NCBI RefSeq assembly: GCF_020745735.1
Contig: NC_083449.1
Span: 5,368,923-5,432,922 of the forward strand
Direction: 5' to 3'
Origin: Hemiscyllium ocellatum
Lineage: Eukaryota
Length of the DNA: 64,000 bases
The notes under the pieces are model-generated. The model was not told where the DNA came from. It did not search any database and was given only the letters and a program-made list of their open reading frames with translations. This document shows, in pieces, positions 37,405 through 49,579 of this stretch; position 1 is the stretch's first letter, and the number at the start of each line of letters is the position of its first letter. A program made the translations under genes and the position numbers.

Positions 37405-37539
37405 CAAAGAGTTAAAGCTAGCCATGTACAGTCTAACACAGAGAGAGATAGATGTATAGAGAAACCTCGCGGTCTGTACAAGATACCTCACGGGAAGGGG
37501 GACTCTCTCCTGTCCCCCTCCCCTCCCAATAACCACCAT

Positions 37540-37770
37540 CCTGACCCTCGGGAACGGGACATGTTGACACAGTCCGCTCTCCCTCGGCGCTTTTCCTTCC
37601 CGCGTGGCCCCGGCGCCATTTTAGCTTCAGGCCCCGCGCGAGATGGCGGTTAACGGCCGCCTCGTGCCCCAAGTGACCGTTAGCAGCTGCTTCAGGGGAA
37701 AGACTCTTTAAAGGGACAACCCTTTCAGGAGAGAGAAACAACAGGGCCGGCTCCGGGACTCGCCAAACTC
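37540..37770. promoter_or_regulatory. CpG-rich promoter-like patch with opposed YY1-type motifs
   Basis: High CpG density against a CpG-poor background; CGCCATTTT ~37614 and AGATGGCGG ~37641. Confidence 0.4.
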
Positions 37771-37994
37771 AATAATAATCACAAATACACACACAGACAG
37801 AGAGGTGGGAGTGAACAAGAAATTGTGCGGCGTCACATCAAGACCGAAGGCCACTCTCCCGAAGGACGGCTGTCCCGGACTCGAAACGTTGACCCCGCTT
37901 TCTCTCTGTCTGTCTCTGGACAGATGCTGCCAGGCCTGAAGCACAAACAAGGTCCTCGGGGGTGAGTCCGAGTTCAGGATCCTATTAAGGTTCG

Positions 37995-38467
37995 GTTGGC
38001 AGATGGATGACAGTGTGGGAGGGTATGCAATGGGATTAGAAAAATAGAGGCGGAGATTGTTTCCTAAATGGGGAAAGGTTTCGGAAATCTGAAGCACGAA
38101 GGGACTTGGGAGTCCGAGTTCAGGATTCTCTTCAGGTTAACAGGCAGGTTCAGTTGGCGGTTAGGAAGGCAAATGTAATGTTAGCATTCATTTCGAGAGG
38201 GTTAGAATACAAGAGCAGGGATGTACTGCTGAGGCTGTATAAGGCTCTGGTCAGACCACATTTGGGACATTGTGAGCAGTTTTGGGCCCCCTATCTCAGG
38301 AAGGATGTGCTGAACTTGGAGGAGTTCCAGAGGGGGGTTTACAAGAAAAATCCCAGGGATGAAACACCTCTCATATGAGGAGAGGTTGAGGACTCTGGTT
38401 CTTAATTTGATGGAGTTTAGAAAGATGAGAGAGAACCTGATTGAAACTTACAGAATACTGAGAGGCC
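37995..38467 (+). mobile_element. CR1 RT C-terminal fragment
   Basis: KANVMLAFISRGLEYKSRDVLLRLYKALVRPHL. Confidence 0.85.
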
Positions 38468-39914
38468 CATTCATGCATCTGTCTAGATACATCTTTATTG
38501 ATGCTATCGTCTGGGGAGTGTTTCTGAACAAACAGACCTATGGGGTGTAGGAAGACAGTTCCTTAAATGTGGCATTGAAGCTTGACACTGTGGTGAAGTA
38601 AGCGCTTGCCTTCATTGGTCAGAGCACTGATGACAGGAGTTGGTTCATCATGTTACAGCTGGACAGGATGTTGGTGAGACCATTTTTAGAATACTGTATA
38701 CAGTCTGGTCAACCTGCTATAGAAAGGATGTCGTTAAGCTCAAAAGGTTATAGAAAAGATTTACAAAGATGTTACCAAGATTGCAGGGTTTGAGTAATAA
38801 GCAGAAGCTTCATAAGCTGGGAGCTTTTCTCCCCTGGAGCATTGGAGGTGGGGGGGACCTTACAGGGGTTATAAAATCACAAGGGACACAGAAAAGGTAA
38901 ATAGGTATAGTCTTTTCCCCAAAGTAGCGGTGTCCAAAACTAGTAAGTATAGGTTTAAGGTGAGAGGGGCAAGATTAAAAAGGGACCTGAGAGGCAAATT
39001 TATCACACAGAGGGCAGTGAGTATATGGAATGAGCTGCCAGAGGAAGTGGTAGAGGCAGGTACAATTACATGTAAGAGACAGTTGTAAAGGTAAATGGAT
39101 AAGAAAGGTGCAGATAAATGGGACTAGTTGAGTTTGGGAAACCTTGTCAGCATGGGTGAGTTGGACTGAAGGGCCTGTTTCCGTACTGCATGACTCTATG
39201 AAAATGGATGAGAATGACAAACTTTGCCTAAAAGACAATCTGAGTGTACAGGAGGAGGTGTGAATATCTGGGTCATTATACAGACCAATTTCTCTTGGCA
39301 AAACGCATGATTAGAACAAGTCAAAAACTGACTCTGACAAATGATATTTCTCTCTAGTCTGAACAGGATGTGGTCATCTCTGCCAAGTGGGAAGTGGATG
39401 CAATTCCGAAATGTCCTTGAACCAATCGACTTGCTCAGCCAGAAGGCAGTGAAGAGTTTTCAAAGGGTTAGGAATCACGTGCAGAGCAGAGTGGGTAAGA
39501 AGGTCAGATTTCATTCCCTGAAGGACCATCACAGACAGGAACAGGAAAAAAACCATTCGGCCCCTCGAGCCTGATCATCCATTCAATAGCATTGTGGCTG
39601 ATGCACCATTCCTCAAGCTCACTTTCCTGCACTTAACATGTAATCCTCAATTCCCTGGCTGATCAAGAATCTATGTATCTATTCCAACCTTAAACCTGCT
39701 CCTATCCCCACACACAGCTCTCTGTGGCAAGGAGTTCCAACAATACTGAACCCTTAGAGAAGAAACTCCTCCTCACCTCAATCTTCAATTTTGGACCAGA
39801 TGATTGTTTGTTCCTGATAACAATCATCAAGTCCAGATCTGTTTTTGTTTAAAATCACATTCCAAATCTTAGACCTGCCATAGAAAGATTCAAATTCGCA
39901 TCTGCAGGACATAC

Positions 39915-42900
39915 CCTGGGGAGCTGAAATCATAGCATTTTGGTTCCCCATTATTTCAGAAACTGAAAGTGAATCTGAACAAAATTGAGTCCGGAGTAAA
40001 TTGCCACACACCATTCAGCTAAACATTGATATCAATAGAATCCATACAGTGTGGAAAGAGACCGTTCAGCCCATCCAGTCTGTCCCAAGCCAGTGAAGAG
40101 GATCCCACCCAGTCCTGACCCTACCCACCACCCCCCCCCCCCCCCCCCCGCCCGTAACCCTGCATTAACCATGGCCAAATCCCCCTAACCTGCACAAAAT
40201 AGTATCCTACAGCGTGGAAGCAGGCTTTTGGTCCATCAGCTCCATAGATTGAATCTGAATAGCAACCAACCCAGACCGAGCACCTCTCCAATCCCTGTAA
40301 CACTGCATTTCCCATGACTAATCCTCCTCGCGTGAATAACTCTCACACTATGGGCAAATTAGCAAGGCCAATTCATCTGAACTGCACATTTTTGGACTGT
40401 GGAAGGAAACCGGAGGACCCAGAGAAAACCCATACAGTGAAGGGGAGAATGTGCAAACTCCCAATAAACAGTCACCCGAGGCTGGAATTGTTCCTGGGGC
40501 CCTGGCGCTGTGAGGCAGCAATGCTAACCACTGTGGCACCCAATGTTTTTGCCACTGGCCATGCTGGTGTTGGTTTGCTCAGTTGATTTTATAGTAGGCT
40601 TACAATGTACAGTCACATTGACAGCGTGCGTTCAGTTGCTGCTCTGGTTGAGATTGCTATGAGTGATCATTCCCTGTGCTTTAGATGTGGTGTCCCTCAG
40701 ATTAAACCATAAAACAGTTGTTTGCTTTTTCTCCCCCACACCTCTTTCTCCCTCTCTCTAATGAGACAATGGTGACTTCACATTAACCGCCTGCTCAAAA
40801 CATAACTCTGCTGATTAAAAATTAACTGCCGTCTTTTTCACTGCAAAATAACTTGTATGTTTCCTCCCTGATGTACTTTTGGAGTGAGCTGTAAGTAAAA
40901 GAAAAGGCACTTTACCATTAGTACACATCTAAATGAAGTGGGAGAGGGTGCACAGGGAGAATTACAAGCATATTGCCTTGGAGGCTGGAGAGTTGTGATT
41001 GAGAGAGGTTGGACAGACTGGGGTTGTTGTCCTTACGGCAGAGTAGATTGAAAGAGAGGGATGTATAAAATGATGAGGGATGAAGATGGGGGAGGCAGGA
41101 AGAAACTTTCCCCACTTAACGGTGGTGGGGGAGGGGTATTGATTGAAGGTAAGGGCCAGGAAGTTTTGAAGGGATGTGAGGAAAATCTTGTTCACCCAGA
41201 GGGTGGTGTCCAATCTGGAAGTCACTGCATGTAAGGTTGGGAGACGCAGAAACTCTCATCACTTTGAAGGTGGATTTAACTGTGCACTCGTGATTCCAAG
41301 GCTATGGAGCCAAGTGCTGGGGAAATGGGATAAGAGAATATCGAGGTGGTTGTTTCTGACCAGCACAGACTCTGGCCTTTTTCTGCAGACTTCTCGGAAA
41401 TTATGACTTTGAGATGTCTTAGATAACTACAAAATGTGATTTTGTACATTTCATGTTCAGAGATGAGGGGTTTATCGTTGAGAGATTCAGCAGTTAAGGC
41501 GAATATGCTCTGGAGTTGAGAGGAATAAGGGAGATCCAACTGAGGGATATAGGATGGTAAAGGGGGTGGGATTGACAAAGGAGACAAAGAGGCTGCTTCC
41601 TCAGATGTGACAATTTAGAACGAGAGGGTCATTGTTTCAGGAGAAGGGGTGGAACAGATTGAAACAGGAGATGTTGAGAAATGGCTCCTCTCTAAGGCAG
41701 AGGGGTGGGAATCTCTAGGAATTCACTTCCCAATATGTGGGTGCATGTCAGAATACTGAATAAATTGAAGGAGGGGACAGACATATTGTTAATCAGTGAG
41801 GGGTTAAAGGGAGCGAGGGCAGGAAACTGCAGTGAGGCTGGGATGAGATCAGCCGCAGCTGTATAGAATGGGAGAAACATGGTCCCAGGGGCTCCTAGCT
41901 CATATGTTGTGTTGATCGTCCAGCTGCCTGAACACTTTTTAGCGTGGCTAGCTCATAGCACCTGCTCAGAAAGCTCTGAATCTGAGTGCCTAAACTGTGT
42001 TATGCATCACAGTCAATTAGTATCTTAGTAAGCAAGACCATAAGATATAGCAGGCATTTGGCCCATCAAGTCTGCTCTGCCATTCCGTCATGGCGGAAAT
42101 GTTTGTTAACCCCATTTTCCTGCCTTCTCTCTGTAACAGTTGATCCTCCTACTGATCAAGAACATAATGACAGCCGTCTGCAGTAATGAGTTCCACAGAT
42201 TCCCCACTGTCTGGCTGAAGATATTCCTCCTCATCTCCGTTCTAAAGGGAGTTCCCTTCACTCTGAGCCTTCGGGTCTTAGTCTCTCCTACTCGTGGAAA
42301 CATCTTCTCTATGTCCACTCTATCCAGGCCTCTCAGTATTCTCCAAATTTCAACCAGATTCACCCTCCCCCTTCTAAACAAGTCCAGACTCATATTCCTC
42401 AACCTCTCCTTGTATGAGAAGCTCTTTATCTCAAACAATAAGCTGTTGTACTGGGGCAATCAACAGATTGATGTCCCAGGACCTAAACAATAAGAATCCC
42501 CTGAAAACAAGATGCAACATTAATCAATTAGCCATCAGTGTAATGTTCCCTCTTCCAATTCACATTGCCCTGTTATTAATTTAGTTGACATAAATGGAAC
42601 ATCTCTATGATTTAGATGATTAATAAATTCAAATGTAAAAAGATTCAAAAAGCTTGGGCAGACCTTCGCTCCATGCTATAAGCAATGGAAACACTAGCGA
42701 TGTTTAAAAGTGGCTGGGTTTTTGAAGGTTAAGATAAATCAAAGAAAACCTCTACTTTCACTGAACCACAAATGTTAAAGTGTACATATATTATATTCTT
42801 TACCAGCCTTCCTTGGTTTGAGATGGTGCAAACTGAGTACACCAAACTGCTATCTGTTTCAGAGTCCTCTATAACCAAAAAACAATAAGCAAAGTGAACC

Positions 42901-44480
42901 AAAAGATTAGAAATCAGAATGTTAAAATAACAGCAAACAATGCCTCAAAATTAAATATGGACTGATAATTAAGGTCACAGCCCCAACCTAACAGTAATAT
43001 AAACCTAAGCTCTTGGCTGTATAGCAACATTTTCAAAACAGTTCACGAACCAGGTGACTCAATAGCATCGATGTGTATTTTGCATCAACATTCACTACAA
43101 AGTTTGCGCCTACCCTCTCTAAACAAAATCACGTAGGGAAGGTGGAGGCTCTGTGGTAAGTTACAACCTTTTTTATTATTAATCACTCATGACACATGGG
43201 AATCCCCCACTAGACCCTGTGTTTATTGCCCAACTCATCCTTAGTTGCCTACTTGAGAAGGTAGGGATAAGCTGCTTTCTTGAACTGCTGCAGTCCATGC
43301 GCTGTAGCTAGACACACATTGCCCTAAAGGAGGGAATTCCAGGATTTTGACCCAATGACACCAGAGGAACAGTGTTATATTTCCAAGTCAGGACACTGAG
43401 TGGCCCAAAGGGGAACTTGTAGAGGGTGGGTGTTTCCACGTATCTGCTGCATTTGTCCTTCTGGATGGAAGTGGTCATGGATTTTAAAGGTGTTGCCTGA
43501 GGATCTTTGGTGTATTTTCGCAGTCCATCTTGGTATTGCTGCAATACAAATATTCCACATTAATAAATCATGGAATCCCCTGCAGTTACAAAGTGGTATT
43601 TCCAAACACCAGAGCAATTAGTGATTTCAAATAGAAACTGAAAGTCCAAATATTTTTTTTTCACATGTTCCAGATTCCCACCATCCTCTGGATGAACCAC
43701 TAGCCATAAAAAAAGTTGCCCATCATTTCATTATTAAAAATGTTTCTCCTCTCACCTGAAAAATATGTCCACTGATCTTGAAGCCCCCACCCTTGGGAAA
43801 AGACACCTGCCATCCACCTCATCTATGCCCATCATGATTTCATAAACCTCCATACCCCTCAAACTTCTATGGTCCGGTTAAAATAGTCCCATCCCATCCA
43901 GCCTCTCTTTATAACTCAATTGCTCCATTCCTAATGACATCCTGATATATCTTTCCTGAACCCTCTCCAGATTAATAATTTCCTTCCCTTAACAGGGCAA
44001 CCAGAACTAGACACAATACACCAGGACAGGCTTCACCATGTCCTGTGCGACCACAACATGGTGTCCAAACTCCAACACTCAATGGCATGAGCAATGAAGG
44101 CAAATGTTCTGAACACTTCCTCAAACATCCTGTCTACCTGTGACACAAACCCCAAAGAATTATGTACCTGAACCTGTAGGTCTCTCTTGCTGTACAACAC
44201 TACCAATCGTACAAACCTCTATCATGACCCTTCCATCAACCTTCTCTGTCGTTCAGGAAACAACCCAAACTTCCTTCCTATGCTTCCAGAGGTTTGTTTT
44301 TGTTGATCTTCCCAATCAGACGAATACCAGCATGAACACTGACCAATGCATGATGATATAGGATCAGCAGCTTACAGATTCACACTCACCATTCAATGCA
44401 CTTGACCTGATCTCTGCATATTTGGAATTCTTGCAGGTCTGTCCTCACTCATGCCCTCAGCTCGATTTCCCATCACCTCC
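39915..44480 (-). pseudogene. Partial paralog of the Ig receptor: cytoplasmic exons 44390-44480, 42804-42868, 40827-40888, 39915-39923
   Basis: Exons after polypyrimidine-AG acceptors encode EVMGNRAEGMSEDRPA/KYAEIRSSALN, EDSETDSSLVYSVCTIS and HSKSTSGRKHTSYFAVKKT; the first is frameshifted. Confidence 0.6.
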
Positions 44481-44566
44481 CTTGGAATGAAATATTTCCA
44501 GACCATTACCCAACCAAGTTCCGATCCCGCTCGTGACAACAATTTGCTGCTGTTTGTGTGCAAACT

Positions 44567-46020
44567 TGAGTCACATTACTTAGAATGGATGGCTTTGAGG
44601 TATGTAGGGAAGAGGTGTTGGAAATTCTGGAAAGGGTGAAAATAGATAATTCCCCTGGGCCTGATGGCATTTATTCTAGGATTCTCTGGGAAGCAAGGGC
44701 GTAGATTGCAGAGCCATTGGCCTTGACTTTTACGTCCTTGTTGTCTACAGGAATAGTGCCAGAAGACTGGAGGATGGCAAATGTGGTTCCCTTGTTCAAG
44801 AAGGGGATAGGGATAACCCTAGTAACTATAGGCCGGTGAGTCTCACTTCTGTTGTGGGCAAAGTCTTAGAGAGAATTGTAAGGGATAAGATTTAAGAACG
44901 TCTGGGTAGGAATATTGTCATCAAGGATAGTCAGCATGGTTTTGTGAAGGGCAGGTCGTGCCTCACAAACTTTATTGAATTCTTTGAGAAGGTGAACGTG
45001 GGTAAAGTGGTAGATGTGGTGTATATGGATTTTAGTAAGGTGTTTGATAAGGTTCCCCATGGTAGGCTATTGCAAAAAATACGGAGGTATGGCATTGAGG
45101 GTGCGTTAGAGGTTTGGATTAGGAATTGGCTGGCTGGAAGAAGACAGAGGGTAGTAGTTGATGGCAAAGGATCATCTTGGAGTGCAGTTACTAGTGGTGT
45201 TCCGCAAGGATCTGTTTTGGGACCAATGCTGTTTGTCATTTTTATAAATGACCCGGTGGAGGGGCTAGAAGGTTGGGTGAGCAAGTTTGCGGATGATACG
45301 AAAGTCGATGGAGTTGTTGACAGTGAGGAAGGATGTGGCAGGTTACAGTGGGATATAGATAAGCTGCAGAGCTAGGCAGAAAGGTGGCAAATGGAGTTCA
45401 ATGTCGGTAAGTGTGAAGTGATTCACTTTGGTAAGAGTAACAAGACGATGGAGTACTGGGCTAATGGTCGGATACTTGGTACTGTGGCTGAGCAGAGAGA
45501 TCATGGTGTCCATGTGCACAGAGCTCTGAAAGTTGCCACCCAGGTAAATAGTGCTGTGAAGAAGGCATATGGCGTACTGGCTTTTATTGGTAGAGGAATC
45601 GAGTTCCGGAGTCCTGAGGTCATGCTGTATAAAGCTCTGGTGTAGCCGGACCTAGAGTATTGTGTGCAGTTTTGGTCGCCATACTATAGGAAGGAGGCAC
45701 TGGAACGGGTGCAGAGGAGGTTTACCAGGATGTTGCCTGGTATGGTAGGAAGATCGTATGAGGAAAGGCTGAGGCACTTGGGGCTGTTTTCATTGGAGAA
45801 AAGAAGGTTTAGGGGTGACTTGATAGAGGTGTACAAGATGATTAGGGGTTTAGATAGGGTTGACAATGAGAGCCTTTTTCCACGTATGCAGTCAGCTATT
45901 ACAAGGGGGGCAAAGCTTTAAATTGAAGGGAGATAGGTATAGGACAGATGTTAGGGGTAGAGTCTTTACTCAGCGAGTTGTGAGTTCATGGAATGCCCTG
46001 TCAGTAGCAGTGGTGGACCT
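44567..46020 (+). mobile_element. CR1 RT fragment inserted in duplication copy 2 only
   Basis: [43 protein letters not shown]. Confidence 0.92.
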
Positions 46021-46128
46021 TCCCTCTTTGTGGTGAGAATGTGTTGCTGGAAAAGCGCAGCGGGTCAGGCAGCATCCAAGAAGCAGGAGAGTCGACGTTT
46101 CGGGCATGAATCCTTCTTCAGGAATCCT
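46015..46128 (-). mobile_element. Penelope family A terminal-repeat fragment with intact hammerhead core
   Basis: Minus strand ATTC-CTGAAGA-AGGATTCATGCCC-GAAA-C-GTC-GA. Confidence 0.7.
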
Positions 46129-48294
46129 GAATCTGCCTCCCAAGCAGCATATTACAAACTCAACAACCCAATAAGTTTCTCCGCATCTCACTCTCTCACT
46201 GACAATCTTGAAATTCTTCCTAGCCAGTTACTAATAACCAACAAATGGGAAACAACAACTTGCTTTCCCGTCAGAATTATTCAAATTTTCAGCATCTCAA
46301 TAAGGTCACCACTTCATCTTCTCTGCTCGAAAGAGAATAAGCTCAATCTCCTGAACCTTGCCCCGTATCTAAAATCCCTCATCATTGGTATCATTCTCAT
46401 ACATCTCCTTCACACTGTCTGCAGGGTTTGAACAGCCTTCCTTAAATAAGGTGCCCAGAACAGAACAAAACCAGCCTGGGTAATAGAGTACCAACTCCCT
46501 TTGTCAAATGTATTTTTAAATTCAGCTTCTGTTGCTGGTGACGATAAGGTGTTATACACTTACAAAGAAATACCCAACAGATGAAAGGTTTATCTCCAAT
46601 ATGATCTACTATTCTTCATTCAATACTTATGCTGTCACCGGAATTTCTTTTCTGCCCTCTGCTTTGTATTGGGTGTTGGGTTAGCTCATTTGGCTGGATG
46701 GCTGGTTTGAAATGTGGAGAAAGGTTGACAGCATGGGTTTGAATCTCTCACTGGCTGAGGTTACCATGAAGGACTGTCCTTCTCCATCTCTTCTCCTTGT
46801 GTGAGGCATGGTACCCTCAGGTTAAACCACCACCTATCAGTCATCACTCGCTCGCTCGTTCTCTCTTGCTTGCTCTCTCTCTCGTGCTATCGCACACTCT
46901 CACGCGCTCTCTCTCTCTCTGACACTGCACCTGAGGTCCACTAGTGTCTTGTACAACTTCAACTTCACCTCCTTGTTCTTGGTTTCTATGCCCCTATTAA
47001 TAAAGCCAAGAATGCTGTGTGTTTTATTAACTGCTCTCCCCCTGTTATGCCACCTTCACTGATCTGTGGATATGTACCCCAGGCTCCCTCTGCTCCTGCA
47101 CCCGCTTTAGATTTTTTACCCTCTAAATGTATTGTCTTTCCGTTTCTTTCAACCAACGTCATTTGCCAAATTTGTGTTGAATCAATTTTGACTGTATTTT
47201 TGAATGTTCGTCAATTAAAACCTGTTTGGTGAAATCAAACTTCACTTTCTCCATCCTGGTTGTTTTGCTACTAACTAACAATATAACTCCACAAGAACAT
47301 ACAGTCTAGGATCAGGTTGAGTCCATTTAACCCCTCAGGAACCTGCTCCGCTTTCCCATCTCAGCCTCAATTCCACTTTCCTGCAAACACTCCCTTTGAC
47401 CCATCACTGATTAACAATCTGTCTGTCTCCTCCTCCAATTTATGCAGTGTCCTGGGTGGTGGGGGGAGTGATCCCACAGATTTACAACCCCTTCCTCATT
47501 TGAGAGAATTCATTCCTTCTTATCTCTGTTTTCAATCTGCCCAGCTCCTTATCCTGAACCAATAACCTCTCGTTCAAGATTCTCCGACAAGAGCAAACAT
47601 CCTCTCTTCATCTCCTTTGTCAATACCCCCTTGAGCATTTTATAGCCCTCAGTTAGTTTTCCTCTCTTCCAGACTGCAGAGAAACTGCTCAATCTCTCAT
47701 CTAAGGCAAACCCTTCGTCGCTAGAAATCATCATTGTTCTGAACTGCCTCTGTCCTTGAGAGATCAAAATTGTACCAGTCTCTTCTCATAAGACTAACCT
47801 TACATCTTGGCGATCAATTCATTGATCTCCTTTGAACTCCCTCCAACTCAACTACATCCCTCCTCAAGGAATGGGACCAAAACTGCCCGCAGTACTCCAG
47901 ATGTGGAATCCCTTGTACAGTTGCAACAACCATTACCTACTTCCATACTCCATTCCTTTCGCAATAAATGCCTTCCTTGTGACCTGCTGTAGCCTTTGCA
48001 CAGACATTTTGAACTTTCTTTCCTATTCAAATGATAACTTGCCTTTAAATTCTTCCAACTTCCTATTACTCCACTTTGACAGAACTGTGAACTTGAACTC
48101 CAAGTTCCCTCTGTTCCACTACACTCCTCCATGAAACTCCTACCTTGATTTGTCTTTCCAAAATACAAGACCTCTCACACACTCAAAGCTCTGCTGACCA
48201 TTCCATATCAAACCCAATCTTTCCTAATGCATGTAAATCATATCTCTCAGAATCTTCAAACAATTTACCTAAGATAGATTAAGGCTCAATGGTC

Positions 48295-49442
48295 ATATAT
48301 GGTGTACAACATGGAAACAGACCCTTCGGTCTTACCCGTCTATGACGAACTGATATCCCAACCCATTCTAGTCCCACCTGCCAGCACCCAGCCCGTATCC
48401 CTCCAAACCCTTCCTATTCATATACCCATCCAAATGCCTCTTAAATGTTGCAATTGTACCAGCCTCCACCACATCCTCTGGCAGCTCATTCCATATACAT
48501 ACCACACTCTGCGTGAAAAAGGTGCCCCTTAGGTCTTTTTTATATCCTTCCCCTCTCACCCTAAACCTATGCTGTCTAGTTCTGGACTCCCCGACTCCAG
48601 GGAAAAGACTGTCTATTTATCCTATCCATGCCCCTCATAATTTTGTAAACCTCTATAAGGTCACCCCTCAGCCTCCGACCCTCTAAGGAAAATAGCCCCA
48701 GCCTGTTCAGCCTCTCCCTATAGCTCAAATCCTGGCAACATCCTTGTAAATCTTTTCTGAACCCTTTCAAGTTTCACATCTTTCCAATAGAAAGGAGACC
48801 AGAATTGCACACAATATTCTGTTGAGTGGCCTAACCAATGTCTTATACAGCTGCAACATGACCTCACAATTCCTGTAGTCTATACTCTGACCAATAAAGG
48901 AAAGCACACCAAACACCACCTTCACTATCCTATCTACCTGCGACTCCACCTTCAAGGAGCTATAAACCTGCACTCCAAGGTCTCTTTGTTCACCAACACT
49001 CCCTAGGACCATACCATTAAGTGTATTTGTCCTGCTAAGATTTGCTTTCTCAAAATGCAGCACCTCACATTTATCTGAATTAAACTCCATCTGCCACTTC
49101 TCAGCCTATTGGCCCATCTGTAATGTGAGGTAACCCTCTTCGCTGTCCTCTGCACCTCTAAATTTGGTGTCATCTGCAAACTAACAAATTATACCTCTTA
49201 TGCTTGCATCCAAACCATTTATGGAAATGACAAAAAGTAGAGGACCCAGCACCGATCCTTGTGGCACTCCACTGGTCACAGACCTCCACCACCACCCTCT
49301 ATCTTCTACCTTTGAGCCAGTTCTGTATCTAAATGGCCAGTTCTCCCTGTATTCCATGAGATCTAACTGTGTTAATCAGTTTCCCATGGGGAACCTTGTC
49401 GAATGCCTTACTGAAGTCCATATTGATCACATGTACTGCTCT
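48295..49442 (-). mobile_element. 5'-truncated CR1
   Basis: MEFNSDKCEVLHF, QRDLGV, FSLEGRRLRGDLIEVYK, WNELP motifs and 3'UTR. Confidence 0.9.
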
Positions 49443-49579
49443 CCCCGGTTTTTCTTTGCAACCATTCTTGAATAATGATACGTTAGCCACCCTCCACTCT
49501 TCTGTGACCTCACCTGTGGCTAAATATCAGCCAGGACCCCCGCAATTTCTTCTCCAGCCTGTTGCAGTGAGGACCTAGA

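Larger units (their letters stand above)
38513..46941 (+). repeat. Segmental duplication copy 2 (carries cytoplasmic exons of the receptor on the minus strand)
   Basis: Colinear with 16031-22039; extra segment ~42240-43545 and a CR1 insertion at ~44567-46128. Confidence 0.9.

Noticed and set aside
37545-37619. MAPGPRGKEKRRGR resembles the N-terminus of ribosomal protein L31
   Set aside because: Similarity is limited to a short basic stretch and stops before the conserved L31 core
42435-42498. Possible extra cytoplasmic exon after a ttgttttcag acceptor on the minus strand
   Set aside because: Early stop in the expected frame, no clear donor and no motif support
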